The position numbers were made by a program, and so were the translations under genes. Shown here in pieces: positions 1-9,620 of a stretch of DNA of 48,856 nt (positions are counted from its first letter, which is position 1; each line of letters begins with the position of its first letter). The stretch is from a virus (lineage: Duplodnaviria; Caudoviricetes), in IMG/VR virus record IMGVR_UViG_3300036825_000040, positions 1-48,856 of that record. One strand, written 5' to 3'. The notes under the pieces were generated by a model that had not been told where the DNA came from, searched no databases, and was given only the letters and a program-made list of their open reading frames with translations.

Positions 1-58
1 CCTGAACGCACCCGGTCAGTGCCAGCAGCGCGCCAGCAATTGCTATTTTTTTCATCAT
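1..58 (-). CDS. yedD: Host lipoprotein YedD, 5' end only
   Basis: Reverse strand reads MMKKIAIAGALLALTGCVQ, a signal peptide with lipobox. It matches the recalled YedD N-terminus and the yedD-fliE synteny. Confidence 0.8.
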   Translation of the reverse strand, partial: MMKKIAIAGALLALTGCVQ

Positions 59-130
59 CTTTCCTGCATTCGAAGAAAAAAATATTGTGGCATTAAAGCG
101 CTTGGGCTGCCAGCGAAGATCGACGGGTCT

Positions 131-150
131 TAAACCTGCATCCCCATCAC
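131..150 (+). repeat. att core, left copy (displaced 3' end of fliE)
   Basis: TAAACCTGCATCCCCATCAC versus TAAACCTGCATGCCCATCAC at 48718..48737. On the minus strand it encodes VMGMQV followed by TAA. Confidence 0.9.
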
Positions 151-346
151 ATGAGCATACATTTTTCATAAACGACAAAGATCGTCCAAGAGCGCACTAA
201 ATAACAGATGGTTAGAGTCGTCGAAAACATCAGTCGTCTAAATTCACCTTAGAGCGAGTGCTGTTTTGTGTCCCACCCATGCCCCACTGCCCCCTCTTTT
301 CCTCCCTGCCCTATACTTTCAGTCTGACATCTGGCTGGAGGTTTCT

Positions 347-1015
347 ATGTGTGGACGATTTGCACAAGCCCAAACCCGTCAAGAATATCTGGCTTACCTG
401 GCCGACGAAGGCGATCGCGACATCGCATATGACCCGGAACCGATTGGACGTTACAACGTGGCGCCCGGTACCAAAGTCCTGCTGTTGAGCGAACGCGACG
501 AGCAACTTCATCTCGATCCGGTATTCTGGGGTTACGCTCCCGGGTGGTGGGATAAACCGCCACTGATTAACGCGCGCGTCGAGACGGCGGCCACCAGCCG
601 AATGTTTAAACCGCTGTGGCAGCATGGTCGGGCAATCTGTTTTGCGGATGGCTGGTTCGAATGGAAAAAAGAAGGCGACAAGAAGCAGCCCTACTTCATT
701 CACCGCGCCGACGGACAACCAATATTCATGGCCGCGATCGGCAGCACGCCGTTCGAACGCGGCGACGAAGCTGAAGGTTTTCTCATCGTGACGTCTGCAG
801 CTGATAAAGGCCTGGTCGATATCCACGACCGCCGGCCACTGGTTCTGTCGCCAGAAGCAGCCCGGGAATGGATGCGTCAGAAGGTTGGCGGGAAAGAAGC
901 GGAAGAGATAGTTGCCGACGGTGCTGTGCCCGCAGACAAGTTTATCTGGCACGCTGTGACGCGCGCCGTGGGTAATGTGAAGAACCAAGCACCATATTTA
1001 ATATCAGAAATTTAA
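347..1015 (+). CDS. yedK: SRAP family abasic-site protection protein (YedK/HMCES-like)
   Basis: Starts MCGRF (catalytic Cys2) after a GGAGG SD; contains RYNVAP, INARVET, DGWFEW and IHDRRP motifs. Confidence 0.93.
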   Translation: MCGRFAQAQTRQEYLAYLADEGDRDIAYDPEPIGRYNVAPGTKVLLLSERDEQLHLDPVFWGYAPGWWDKPPLINARVETAATSRMFKPLWQHGRAICFADGWFEWKKEGDKKQPYFIHRADGQPIFMAAIGSTPFERGDEAEGFLIVTSAADKGLVDIHDRRPLVLSPEAAREWMRQKVGGKEAEEIVADGAVPADKFIWHAVTRAVGNVKNQAPYLISEI

Positions 1016-1041
1016 ACTCTCAAAGTTTAGAGTTGATTGAA

Positions 1042-1737
1042 TCACTGCATAGATTTTTTACAGTGTTTTTCGTAATCTAAAACACTTAACTTTAACATAC
1101 GTCCATTTGCGCCTTGTATCTGCTCTTTAGATGGGTACGCGTTAAAGAGAAAGATCGCCATACATACACATAGCAATGAGAATAAATAAGCAATATTTGT
1201 TGACATAAAACCAAAAAAGATCTCATGGTAGAACTTTATAGGTGCAAGTGCATAAGCTAGATATACTACACCGGCGAACCAAGCTGCCTTCCTTTTAAGG
1301 AGATATTTGGTATCAACGAGAAAATAAAACCGTTTCCCATCAAATTTTAAGTAACGACTTAAGATTGCAATTTTTCGTAGAGATAAAGTTAGGTCGCAAC
1401 GATTCAAAATATATACCATTTTCATTCTATTCGACCCAGATGGTACGGGAACCACTTGCCGCATAACCTTTTCCTTAAGGAGTTTTGATATATATTTCTT
1501 GTCCTCATCATCCAAATGCTCACCATATTCTTTATAAAAATAGCGAAGCTTAATCAATTTTCCATTTTTTAGAAAACCATAGATATATTTTATGCATGCC
1601 CAAAAAGCAGTAGCAATAGGCAGTAGCGAGGCTAAAGAAGCCCATACTTCCTTTTTCACTATAATTTCTGAAATCATATTTTGATAACTCACTTTGATAT
1701 AAGCCAAAAAGCATAACACTCTGATTTTATTATTCAA
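1042..1737 (-). CDS. AT-rich hypothetical membrane protein (start may be ATG at 1677)
   Basis: 231-aa ORF overlapping the umuC stop, with one N-terminal and two C-terminal hydrophobic segments. Confidence 0.7.
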   Translation of the reverse strand: MNNKIRVLCFLAYIKVSYQNMISEIIVKKEVWASLASLLPIATAFWACIKYIYGFLKNGKLIKLRYFYKEYGEHLDDEDKKYISKLLKEKVMRQVVPVPSGSNRMKMVYILNRCDLTLSLRKIAILSRYLKFDGKRFYFLVDTKYLLKRKAAWFAGVVYLAYALAPIKFYHEIFFGFMSTNIAYLFSLLCVCMAIFLFNAYPSKEQIQGANGRMLKLSVLDYEKHCKKSMQ

Positions 1738-3002
1738 CTTACAACTAATAGGTCTGTAAACCTAGTGGTATATCTCGGTGAAAGCATTTCTCGCTTCATC
1801 TGCCACTGCTGCTGTATGCCCTGCCCGGCAAAGTACAGAGTTCCTTTTCCATCTTTTGCGTTAAGGTGATCGAGAACCTCCATCAACTTATCGCTTCCGA
1901 CCCGCGGCGCGTTCTCGTCAAACAAATTGAGCTGAGCCACGCCCTGGCTGAAGAAGTCCCCAAGCATGATTCCTGCCTTCTGGTATCGGTGGCCATCCTT
2001 CCAGATTTTGTCCAGGCACTTTACCGCGGCGTTGATGATGTCGCGGGAATCCTGAGTGGGAGTGAGAAGCTTCAAGGAAGCACTGCTCCCGTAATACGGC
2101 TCGTTAATCGCAAAGGGAGAGGTTTTCACAAATGCAGAAATAAAGCGGCAATACTGGTGCTCGCCGCGAAGCTTTTCGGCGCCACGCGCCGCATAGCTGC
2201 AAATAGCCTGGCGCATCTGCTCGTACTCGGTAACGCGCTCGCCGAATGACCGGCTGCAGACGATTTCCTGCTTTGCCGGAGCAAACTCTTCCAGTTCGAG
2301 ACAGGGTTCTCCGCGCAACTCCCGGACTGTTCGCTCGAGAACCACGTTGAAGTGTTTGCGGATAATCCATATGCTTTGCTCTGAGAGGTCCAGAGCCGTC
2401 TTGATCCCCATGGCATTGAGCTTCTTGCTGATACGCCTGCCGACACCCCACACATCCTCTACAGGTACGATAGCCAGCAATCGACGCTGACGGTCGATGT
2501 TAGACAAATCAACCACCCCACCAGTCTGGCGCTGCCATTTCTTGGCTGCGTGGTTTGCCAGCTTAGCGAGTGTTTTAGTCTGCGCGATGCCAACCCCGAC
2601 AGTCAGATGCGTACGCTTCAGAACTGTCGCGCGGATCTCTTTGCCGAACTCCGTCAGGTCCCGGCAATTCCTGACGCCTGTCAGGTCGCAAAAAGCTTCG
2701 TCAATGCTGTAAATTTCGACACGGGGGCTCATTTCCTCCAGTGTCGTCATTACCCGGTTCGACATATCCGCATAAAGCTCATAGTTGCTACTGAAGCAAA
2801 CAACACCGGCACGGCGGAACAACTCCTTTTGCTTGAAGAATGGCTCCCCCATGGTAATTCCAGCCGCCTTGGCCTCGGCGCTACGTGCGATAACACAGCC
2901 ATCGTTATTCGAGAGAACGACTACCGGGCGCCCTCTTAGATCCGGCCTGAACACCGTCTCGCATGATGCGTAGAACGAATTCACATCACAGAGCGCAAAC
3001 AT
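1734..3002 (-). CDS. umuC: DNA polymerase V catalytic subunit UmuC
   Basis: [37 protein letters not shown] and C-terminal LSPRYTT Y-family motifs. Confidence 0.96.
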   Translation of the reverse strand: MFALCDVNSFYASCETVFRPDLRGRPVVVLSNNDGCVIARSAEAKAAGITMGEPFFKQKELFRRAGVVCFSSNYELYADMSNRVMTTLEEMSPRVEIYSIDEAFCDLTGVRNCRDLTEFGKEIRATVLKRTHLTVGVGIAQTKTLAKLANHAAKKWQRQTGGVVDLSNIDRQRRLLAIVPVEDVWGVGRRISKKLNAMGIKTALDLSEQSIWIIRKHFNVVLERTVRELRGEPCLELEEFAPAKQEIVCSRSFGERVTEYEQMRQAICSYAARGAEKLRGEHQYCRFISAFVKTSPFAINEPYYGSSASLKLLTPTQDSRDIINAAVKCLDKIWKDGHRYQKAGIMLGDFFSQGVAQLNLFDENAPRVGSDKLMEVLDHLNAKDGKGTLYFAGQGIQQQWQMKREMLSPRYTTRFTDLLVVS

Positions 3003-3004
3003 GG

Positions 3005-3424
3005 TCAGCTCGCCGATTTTACGATGAAAGTTACGACGCCGAACACATCGAGCGTATCCTCGCTGCCGACGATAATCGGTGAATAAGCGCTGTTCATCGG
3101 ATTGAGTTGAACTGTCGGGCGGAGCTGCAGACGTTTGACTGTGAATTCCCCTTCTACCGCGGCGATGACAATGTCTCCGTGCTCAGCAGTCCGGGAGCTA
3201 TCCACCACCAGCAGATCACCGTCGCTGATCCCGGCCTCCATCATTGAGTCGCCGGCTGCTTTGACGAAATACGTCGAACTGGGATGGGAAACGAGTAACT
3301 CATTGAGATCGATGCGCTGTTCGACGTAGTCAGCCGCCGGGCTGGGAAAGCCGCATTGCACTAAGTCGCTAAAAAGCGGGATAGCAATAATTTCGCGTAA
3401 CTCTGCCGGTCTGAAGAACTCCAT
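3005..3424 (-). CDS. umuD: DNA polymerase V subunit UmuD
   Basis: [10 protein letters not shown] cleavage site, GDSM Ser and FTVKRL Lys dyad. Confidence 0.96.
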   Translation of the reverse strand: MEFFRPAELREIIAIPLFSDLVQCGFPSPAADYVEQRIDLNELLVSHPSSTYFVKAAGDSMMEAGISDGDLLVVDSSRTAEHGDIVIAAVEGEFTVKRLQLRPTVQLNPMNSAYSPIIVGSEDTLDVFGVVTFIVKSAS

Positions 3425-3439
3425 GATGCATACCTCGGA

Positions 3440-3482
3440 TACTGTTTTTATATACAGTAGTTTTAACTGAGGTACTGATCAA
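3440..3482 (-). promoter_or_regulatory. LexA box and sigma70 promoter of umuDC
   Basis: CTG-N10-CAG at 3442..3457; -35 TTGATC, 17-bp spacer, -10 TACTGT overlapping the box. Confidence 0.85.
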
Positions 3483-3603
3483 GATGCCCGTTCGTTTCTG
3501 TTCGGCTACTTCCTAGCCGCTTCGTTTCTAAGCCTGTAACGCTATTAGCTTTTTGATATTTGTAAATTTCAGCAGGAAGAGTGTCGATTGCTCACTTTGG
3601 GTA

Positions 3604-3912
3604 CTACATGAAGGGGTTTTCGTCTGAGGAAACCGGGTAAATGGTATGCGTAACTACACCAACCAGGCGAACATCATCAAGCGCATCGCCTTCTATGGCC
3701 TCTCCATCATCGGTAATGAGCGCATCACCAGCCCAATATGCGTGCTGCTGGCGTCCGCAAAACCAGATGAGCAATGTGTCTCCGCGATTGAATGCTGATG
3801 CATTATCAATGACATCATAACCTTCCGGCGTTTCAATAATGCTTGCAGAAGGAGGTGTGAATGGATCAGCTACCGCTATAAAGGCGGTCTGTATGTCTGC
3901 TGTGCGTGGCAT
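3604..3912 (-). CDS. LexA-regulated small protein with a possible degenerate UmuD/S24-like C-terminus
   Basis: 102 aa; C-terminal DVRLVGVVTHTI resembles Umu[12 protein letters not shown]; GAGGTG SD and LexA box upstream. Confidence 0.65.
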   Translation of the reverse strand: MPRTADIQTAFIAVADPFTPPSASIIETPEGYDVIDNASAFNRGDTLLIWFCGRQQHAYWAGDALITDDGEAIEGDALDDVRLVGVVTHTIYPVSSDENPFM

Positions 3913-3928
3913 GATCACCTCACAAAAT

Positions 3929-3972
3929 AACTGTATGCATATACAGTATCGTCAAATATGAGGGTCGATCAA
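3929..3972 (-). promoter_or_regulatory. LexA box and promoter
   Basis: CTGTATGCATATACAG at 3931..3946; -35 TTGATC, 18-bp spacer, -10 TACTGT. Confidence 0.85.
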
Positions 3973-4044
3973 GTCTATGTCTGGTGCTACACTTCAGGCC
4001 TTTCAGAATTCACTGATTTTTATCATGTTAAAGATGCGCAACTC

Positions 4045-4431
4045 ATGAGTATAAACCTTTCTTCCATTTATCGTAGCCAGGCCGTCAGGTACTGCCTTGT
4101 TGGCGGAATGAACACAGCGGTAACAGCTTCAGTGATCCTTGCTCTTACCGCCTTTGGTGTAGGACTCTATAGTGCAAATTTTTCGGGCTATGTTGTTGGT
4201 ATCCTGTTTAGTTTTATCCTCAATACGATATTCACGTTTTCATCAAAGCTTTCAATATCAAAACTTCTCAAATTCCTGGCATGCTGTGGGGTTTGTTACG
4301 TAATAAATATTTTCGCTATGAAAATAACTATTATAGCTGGCGTTGAAAATTTATATCTCGTTCAGTTAACAGGGATGTTTTTTTACACAGCAGCAGGCTT
4401 TATCATTAATAAATTATGGGTTATGAAATAA
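4045..4431 (+). CDS. gtrA: GtrA family bactoprenol-linked sugar flippase
   Basis: 128 aa with four TM segments; RYCLVGGMNT, SFILNTIFTF and FIINKLWV motifs. Confidence 0.9.
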   Translation: MSINLSSIYRSQAVRYCLVGGMNTAVTASVILALTAFGVGLYSANFSGYVVGILFSFILNTIFTFSSKLSISKLLKFLACCGVCYVINIFAMKITIIAGVENLYLVQLTGMFFYTAAGFIINKLWVMK

Positions 4432-5399
4432 TGAACGCTCCAATTCTTTCAATAGTTGTGCCATGCTATAACGAGCAAGAGGTTTTTAATCTTTGTCTTG
4501 ATGAATTATCTAGACGTATAGTCGAAATGAAAGATAAAGGTAAAATAAATACCAGAAGCCATATTGTATTCGTGGATGATGGAAGCAAAGATGCGACATG
4601 GAGCTTAATACAAAACGCTTCAAACAATAATGATTTAGTAAAAGGCGTAAAGCTATCACGCAATAAAGGCCATCAGACTGCTTTGATGGCTGGATTATCA
4701 TCATGCATAGATTCTGATATTACTGTAAGTATTGATGCTGATTTACAGGATGACACAGCAGTTATTGAAAAGATGGTTGACTCATATCTTACAGGACACG
4801 ATATTGTTTATGGAGTAAGAAATGACAGAACATCAGATAGCTTCTTTAAGAAGTTCACAGCCGAAGCATTTTACAAAATAATGACGAAACTTGGCGTTAA
4901 TCAAGTAGAGAATCATGCTGATTTTAGACTATTAAGCAAAAGAGCATTGCATTCACTGCTCCAGTACAAAGAACAAAATCTTTATATAAGAGGACTTATA
5001 CCTCTGATTGGGTATCCTTCCGAGAGTGTTTATTATTCTCGAAGTGAGAGAGCTGCGGGTGAATCAAAATATCCTCTCAAGAAAATGCTGGCATTGGCTC
5101 TTGAGGGAATCACTTCATTCTCAGTCACACCACTAAGAATTGTTACGGCGCTAGGTTTTATTATATCAATACTATCATCTGTGGGTGTAGTATATACGCT
5201 AATTCAATATTTCCTTGGGCATACGGTGAGCGGTTGGGCCTCTATGATATTAGCGATTTTATTTATCGGAGGCGTGCAAATGCTATGCTTAGGAGTGATA
5301 GGTGAGTATATCGGCAAGATTTATATGGAATCCAAAAAAAGGCCAAAATTTTTTACTGAATCTAAAATTGGATTTAATGAGAATGACGGGAATATGTAA
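4431..5399 (+). CDS. gtrB: GtrB family bactoprenol glycosyltransferase (GT2)
   Basis: SIVVPCYNE, FVDDGSKD, IDADLQD, ADFRLLS, two C-terminal TMs and GEYIGKIY; TAATG coupling to gtrA. Confidence 0.93.
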   Translation: MNAPILSIVVPCYNEQEVFNLCLDELSRRIVEMKDKGKINTRSHIVFVDDGSKDATWSLIQNASNNNDLVKGVKLSRNKGHQTALMAGLSSCIDSDITVSIDADLQDDTAVIEKMVDSYLTGHDIVYGVRNDRTSDSFFKKFTAEAFYKIMTKLGVNQVENHADFRLLSKRALHSLLQYKEQNLYIRGLIPLIGYPSESVYYSRSERAAGESKYPLKKMLALALEGITSFSVTPLRIVTALGFIISILSSVGVVYTLIQYFLGHTVSGWASMILAILFIGGVQMLCLGVIGEYIGKIYMESKKRPKFFTESKIGFNENDGNM

Positions 5400-7406
5400 A
5401 TGAGAACTGAGCAATATAATAAAATAATATACTTATCAGTAGCGGTAATCATATGCCTGTTGACGTCGTACTTTTACACATCAACTGAAAATGACATCTA
5501 CTCATTTGATTTCCTAGCATACTGGAAAATGTACAGTGATTACAGCTCATTATTATTTAGCGACCCATTACTGTATTTAGCAAAAACATATAAAGAAGTC
5601 TACAGCCAAGATTATAATCCTTTAGCATCTTCTATTATTGCCCCTATTTACTATGTATTCGGTGGTTCAAGATTTGTTTATATCTCTGCAGTAGCTATCT
5701 GTTATCTAATTCCTGTGTCTTACTTAGTTTATCTAATTGTAAAAGACACCATAAAATTAAATAACCCTATAACATTTGCAATTTGCTTATTAGTATCAGT
5801 AAGTTTTGTTGGCTATTGGAAGCCTATTCTCAGAGGGTATCCTGATATTGTTTCCATGATTCCATTACTATATTGCATTTATTATACCCAGCGTCACTCG
5901 CTTTCATATAAAATCGATATAAAACGAGCATTGCTTGTCGGTTTACTTTTGTGGCTGCCATTTGTATTGCGCCGATGGTACGCTTATACGATTGTTGCAA
6001 CATATTTAGCGCTTCCTTTAGCCGAGTTAATTTGGAATAAAGCCGTAAATTATAAAAATACATTTATTAACCTCTTTGTGAACTATGCTATAGCAGGAAC
6101 CGTCAGTATTCTGCTTGTTTTTCTTTTTCAAAAAGATGTAGCAATAAGAGCCATTACAACCGACTATTCGTCTGTCTATTCAGCTTATGGACTTCCAGTT
6201 CTGGATAGCATCCACAAAACAATTGATCACATTGGTTTGTTTTTATTTATCGGTTGTTTGCTTAGCTTTTTTATTTCATATTTAATGATTAAACAATCAA
6301 GAAAAGTATTATTTATCATTACTTTTATTTTTGTTTTAAGTTATATATTGTTTGTACGCACGCAATCGCCAGGCCATCAGCATGAAATACCATTCGTCAC
6401 ATGGATGTTAATTCCACTATTAATGGTGATCACAAAACTGATAAACAAAATAAAAAATGTAGAACTGAAAGCGCAAACTGTTGCTATAACGATATTTCTA
6501 TCTATATTGATTACTTCAGTATCTATTTATCGTTCGGTGTTCTCTGATAGTTTTGGAAGAACATTCTTCCCTGAGAAAGTTTACCAACTTAAATTGGATA
6601 ATTATCCTAATTATCTCGATATGGTTAGCTATCTTAAAGAAAGAGTTCTGAAAGGTAATGTGAAGTATGTGTCGGTTATCAGTTCTGGTGGTGTACTTAA
6701 TCAGAGCATGCTCAAGTATATGGCAAAAGGTGATCTCGACAACAGGATAAAATTAACTCCACAAGTAGACTTGCGGGATGGAATGCCTATTGATTCTTTG
6801 TTATCAGAATATTTGGTTGTTGTTACCCCTATAGACACTCACCTCCCTCATGGTCAGGAAGTAATTAAGACAACAGCCACTGAGATTTTATCTGGTAACG
6901 GGTTGGGATCTCACTATGAAGAAATAAACAGATTTAATCTTGCAAACGGATCGCTAGGAATCATTTACAAAAAAACATCCCCATTTGCGGTAAATGAAAT
7001 CAAAGAATTTATTTCTAAGTTCACAAGGCATTACCCAAAATGGCAAGGTGATTATGATAATGAGAAAGTCATATCGCTGATGACATCCAGCCTCTCTCTT
7101 GGGGATGGAGCGGCATGGTTTTCCAGAAGCAACGAATTTGGCATAAACACTCATCCTGGTAGAAATTTTGATACCGTAATCAGTTTTATACCGTTAAGGG
7201 ATATGATAACTATCAAGTCAACAAGTACTGCTTGTAAAAATGCAGATGGTGTTTATGTTTCCTATGCCTCTAAAGATGAAAATGGAAAATTACATATAGA
7301 GCCAGGCAAAGAAGTTAAAATTGTATTGCACGATAAGTCTGCACGATTGGAATTGCGCATAAACAAAGGTCTAAATGACGCTTGTGATAGTATTTTAATC
7401 AACTGA
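5400..7406 (+). CDS. GtrC-type multi-pass membrane glycosyltransferase (serotype conversion)
   Basis: 668 aa, very AT-rich, about 10 hydrophobic segments followed by a long soluble C-terminal domain; third gene of a gtrAB operon. Confidence 0.78.
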   Translation: MRTEQYNKIIYLSVAVIICLLTSYFYTSTENDIYSFDFLAYWKMYSDYSSLLFSDPLLYLAKTYKEVYSQDYNPLASSIIAPIYYVFGGSRFVYISAVAICYLIPVSYLVYLIVKDTIKLNNPITFAICLLVSVSFVGYWKPILRGYPDIVSMIPLLYCIYYTQRHSLSYKIDIKRALLVGLLLWLPFVLRRWYAYTIVATYLALPLAELIWNKAVNYKNTFINLFVNYAIAGTVSILLVFLFQKDVAIRAITTDYSSVYSAYGLPVLDSIHKTIDHIGLFLFIGCLLSFFISYLMIKQSRKVLFIITFIFVLSYILFVRTQSPGHQHEIPFVTWMLIPLLMVITKLINKIKNVELKAQTVAITIFLSILITSVSIYRSVFSDSFGRTFFPEKVYQLKLDNYPNYLDMVSYLKERVLKGNVKYVSVISSGGVLNQSMLKYMAKGDLDNRIKLTPQVDLRDGMPIDSLLSEYLVVVTPIDTHLPHGQEVIKTTATEILSGNGLGSHYEEINRFNLANGSLGIIYKKTSPFAVNEIKEFISKFTRHYPKWQGDYDNEKVISLMTSSLSLGDGAAWFSRSNEFGINTHPGRNFDTVISFIPLRDMITIKSTSTACKNADGVYVSYASKDENGKLHIEPGKEVKIVLHDKSARLELRINKGLNDACDSILIN

Positions 7407-7413
7407 TATAATT

Positions 7414-7435
7414 AAGCGCCCAAGCGGGCGCTTTT
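7414..7435. terminator. Terminator between convergent gtrC and tailspike genes
   Basis: AAGCGCCC-AAGC-GGGCGCTTTT hairpin. Confidence 0.75.
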
Positions 7436-7439
7436 AACA

Positions 7440-9563
7440 TCAAACTAGTATTCTCCAAGCACCCCCAATCTTTTTGACCGTTATAACTCTGTTTCCGTTT
7501 GCTGAACCTGTAAATACCCTGTCGGTTCCACCCACCGCCATGCCTGAACCTCCTGATTTAAATGTAATTTGCCCCGAAGTGTCGTTAGTTATCAGTACAT
7601 GAAAGTACATTCCGTCTCTTGCTGGCTGGTTTATTCCTGCAATGACAGTGTTATCTGCGGCTGATGCGATTGTGTACGTTGCCCCATGTTGTGGTACCCA
7701 AGTATTCGTCACGGTAGGCCAACCATTACCAATGGAATTAAATGCTATAGTGTTTGTTGATGGCTGCCGTTCACCGTCCCCTTCAATAAAGTATGTTCGG
7801 TTCCTTTTATCGAACAGAACTTTAACTAATTTATTATTATTTACACCAAATCCTATGTAGTGAATCCCCCCCGAGAGATATGTCCCACTTATTACGATTC
7901 CAGCTGCAGGGCTATCGCTTGTACATGCCAAATAAAAGTAATCAGTTGTGCCAATATCTTCTATAAAGAATCTTCTGTACGCGTCACTAAGAACCCTATA
8001 AACCATCCCATTCTCTGGTATTAAATTAGAGGTCCCTGTGGTACTGAACTGACCGCGAGTTGATGTTAACGGGCTTTGCTCCATGTATCTTCCGAGAAGC
8101 GTTGCAGCTCGTGTGTAGGAAGCAATCGCCTGCTGCCCTTCTTTCAGGGTTGCAAGATTAAGCATCGTTCCATGCCTGATTCCCTCTGAACTTCTCACTG
8201 GCGATGGAGATGTCCATGTAGAGAAATCAGTTGTTGTAACGAAGTAATATTCACCATTTGTACTGTAGGCATCGGCATATAGATGCCATTGATTGTATTT
8301 TTTCGAATACATAAGGCATGGCGCTTCCACTGCAGTACCACCAAAATCAAGATCAGATATCTTGGTGTACCCACCTACTGCTGTATTAGAGCACCATATT
8401 TCAATGTGCTTGTTGTATTCATTTTTTATCGCTATCAGATATCGTCCATTTGAGTCTTGATTCATTTGTGGATCAAGACGCTGCACGCTAATATCTTGTA
8501 GGAACAGTTGAGGAGAATCAAAAGTAAGATTTTCCAGATCGTTACATTTACAACCGATTGCTGCCGCCCACGTTACAGATGTCCCATTTATATCTGGCGC
8601 ATTGGGATTTATTCCCACTGTAGCAACAATCCATACATCACCGTTGTTATCTTGAAACAGTGATGGTGCCCATATTTGATTAATGCTGGTTAGTGTTCCG
8701 CCGAACTGAACTGCTGACTGTCCATAAAGAAGTGATGATCCCATTTTTACTTCTTTAGGAGTCCAATTAATCATATCGTCACTAGTCAGAACAATTAGAT
8801 CACGAGGACCTCCAATTGGAGGGTTTGGGTGCCCAGAGGTGATGCAAATATGCCATTTCCCATTAAAGAAAGAAATGTCCGGATCGTTACCCCTGACGGT
8901 TGTCAGGTCCATCAAAGACGTTTGAGCTGACGAAAGATACCAGTGGCTATCCGTTAGCAGATAGGTAGTATTGATAGATTCCAACCAAGAACCATTGTAA
9001 CTCTTAAACAGAGTTACCTTTCTGTCTGTTTGGTTATTAAAGAATGCTCCTACGTAATAATCTGATGCATTCTTGGAGCTTACTCTATTAGTATATTCTT
9101 CTGTTTCGTCGATAAAATCTTGAACAGTACCACCACCATTTTTCCCTATCATCCCTGAACCAGACGACGTGGCAAGCATTGCTCGCAGGCTTGCATCACC
9201 AATGCCAAGCCATGCGCCAACGCCCACTCCGCCGGCGGATGCTGGGGTAGACCCTGCATCAACATGCTTAGGCAATGCTCCATCCCAGCGGTAGTATTCG
9301 CCGGTGTCTTCATCACGAAGAGCCTGGTTGGGAAGGGTGATATCAGCGCCGGTCTGGAAGGAGTCAATGAGGATCCATCCATACTGGGCAATAGCCTGCT
9401 GCGCAAGCCACCGCAGTCCTTCGATGGTGTAATGCTCATTACCGAGCCGGTCAACATACGTATTTACCAGCGAGGTAACAAACTCGTCAATTTTACCGGC
9501 GTTGAACTTAAGGTCGCGTGGTGATTCGCTTGGTACAGGCAGATTAGTTGGTTGCGTAGCCAT
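7440..9563 (-). CDS. Tailspike/receptor-binding protein with GH43-like beta-propeller catalytic region
   Basis: N-terminal MATQPTNLPVPSESPRDLKFNAGKIDEFV virion-attachment domain; central NDP, WAP, LDP, EAP and RHG motifs. Confidence 0.8.
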   Translation of the reverse strand: MATQPTNLPVPSESPRDLKFNAGKIDEFVTSLVNTYVDRLGNEHYTIEGLRWLAQQAIAQYGWILIDSFQTGADITLPNQALRDEDTGEYYRWDGALPKHVDAGSTPASAGGVGVGAWLGIGDASLRAMLATSSGSGMIGKNGGGTVQDFIDETEEYTNRVSSKNASDYYVGAFFNNQTDRKVTLFKSYNGSWLESINTTYLLTDSHWYLSSAQTSLMDLTTVRGNDPDISFFNGKWHICITSGHPNPPIGGPRDLIVLTSDDMINWTPKEVKMGSSLLYGQSAVQFGGTLTSINQIWAPSLFQDNNGDVWIVATVGINPNAPDINGTSVTWAAAIGCKCNDLENLTFDSPQLFLQDISVQRLDPQMNQDSNGRYLIAIKNEYNKHIEIWCSNTAVGGYTKISDLDFGGTAVEAPCLMYSKKYNQWHLYADAYSTNGEYYFVTTTDFSTWTSPSPVRSSEGIRHGTMLNLATLKEGQQAIASYTRAATLLGRYMEQSPLTSTRGQFSTTGTSNLIPENGMVYRVLSDAYRRFFIEDIGTTDYFYLACTSDSPAAGIVISGTYLSGGIHYIGFGVNNNKLVKVLFDKRNRTYFIEGDGERQPSTNTIAFNSIGNGWPTVTNTWVPQHGATYTIASAADNTVIAGINQPARDGMYFHVLITNDTSGQITFKSGGSGMAVGGTDRVFTGSANGNRVITVKKIGGAWRILV

Positions 9564-9574
9564 ATTTATTCCAT

Positions 9575-9602
9575 AAAAAAACCCGGCGCGGTGGCCGGGT
9601 TG
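9575..9602 (-). terminator. Intrinsic terminator between tail tip and tailspike genes
   Basis: ACCCGGC/GCCGGGT hairpin with a T7 tail on the minus strand. Confidence 0.7.
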
Positions 9603-9620
9603 TGATGGTCGGGATAGGTC

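Noticed and set aside
3913-4044. Dam/OxyR phase-variation switch upstream of gtrA
   Set aside because: Only two GATC sites are present, one within the -35 of the divergent SOS promoter, rather than the four-site P22-type pattern.
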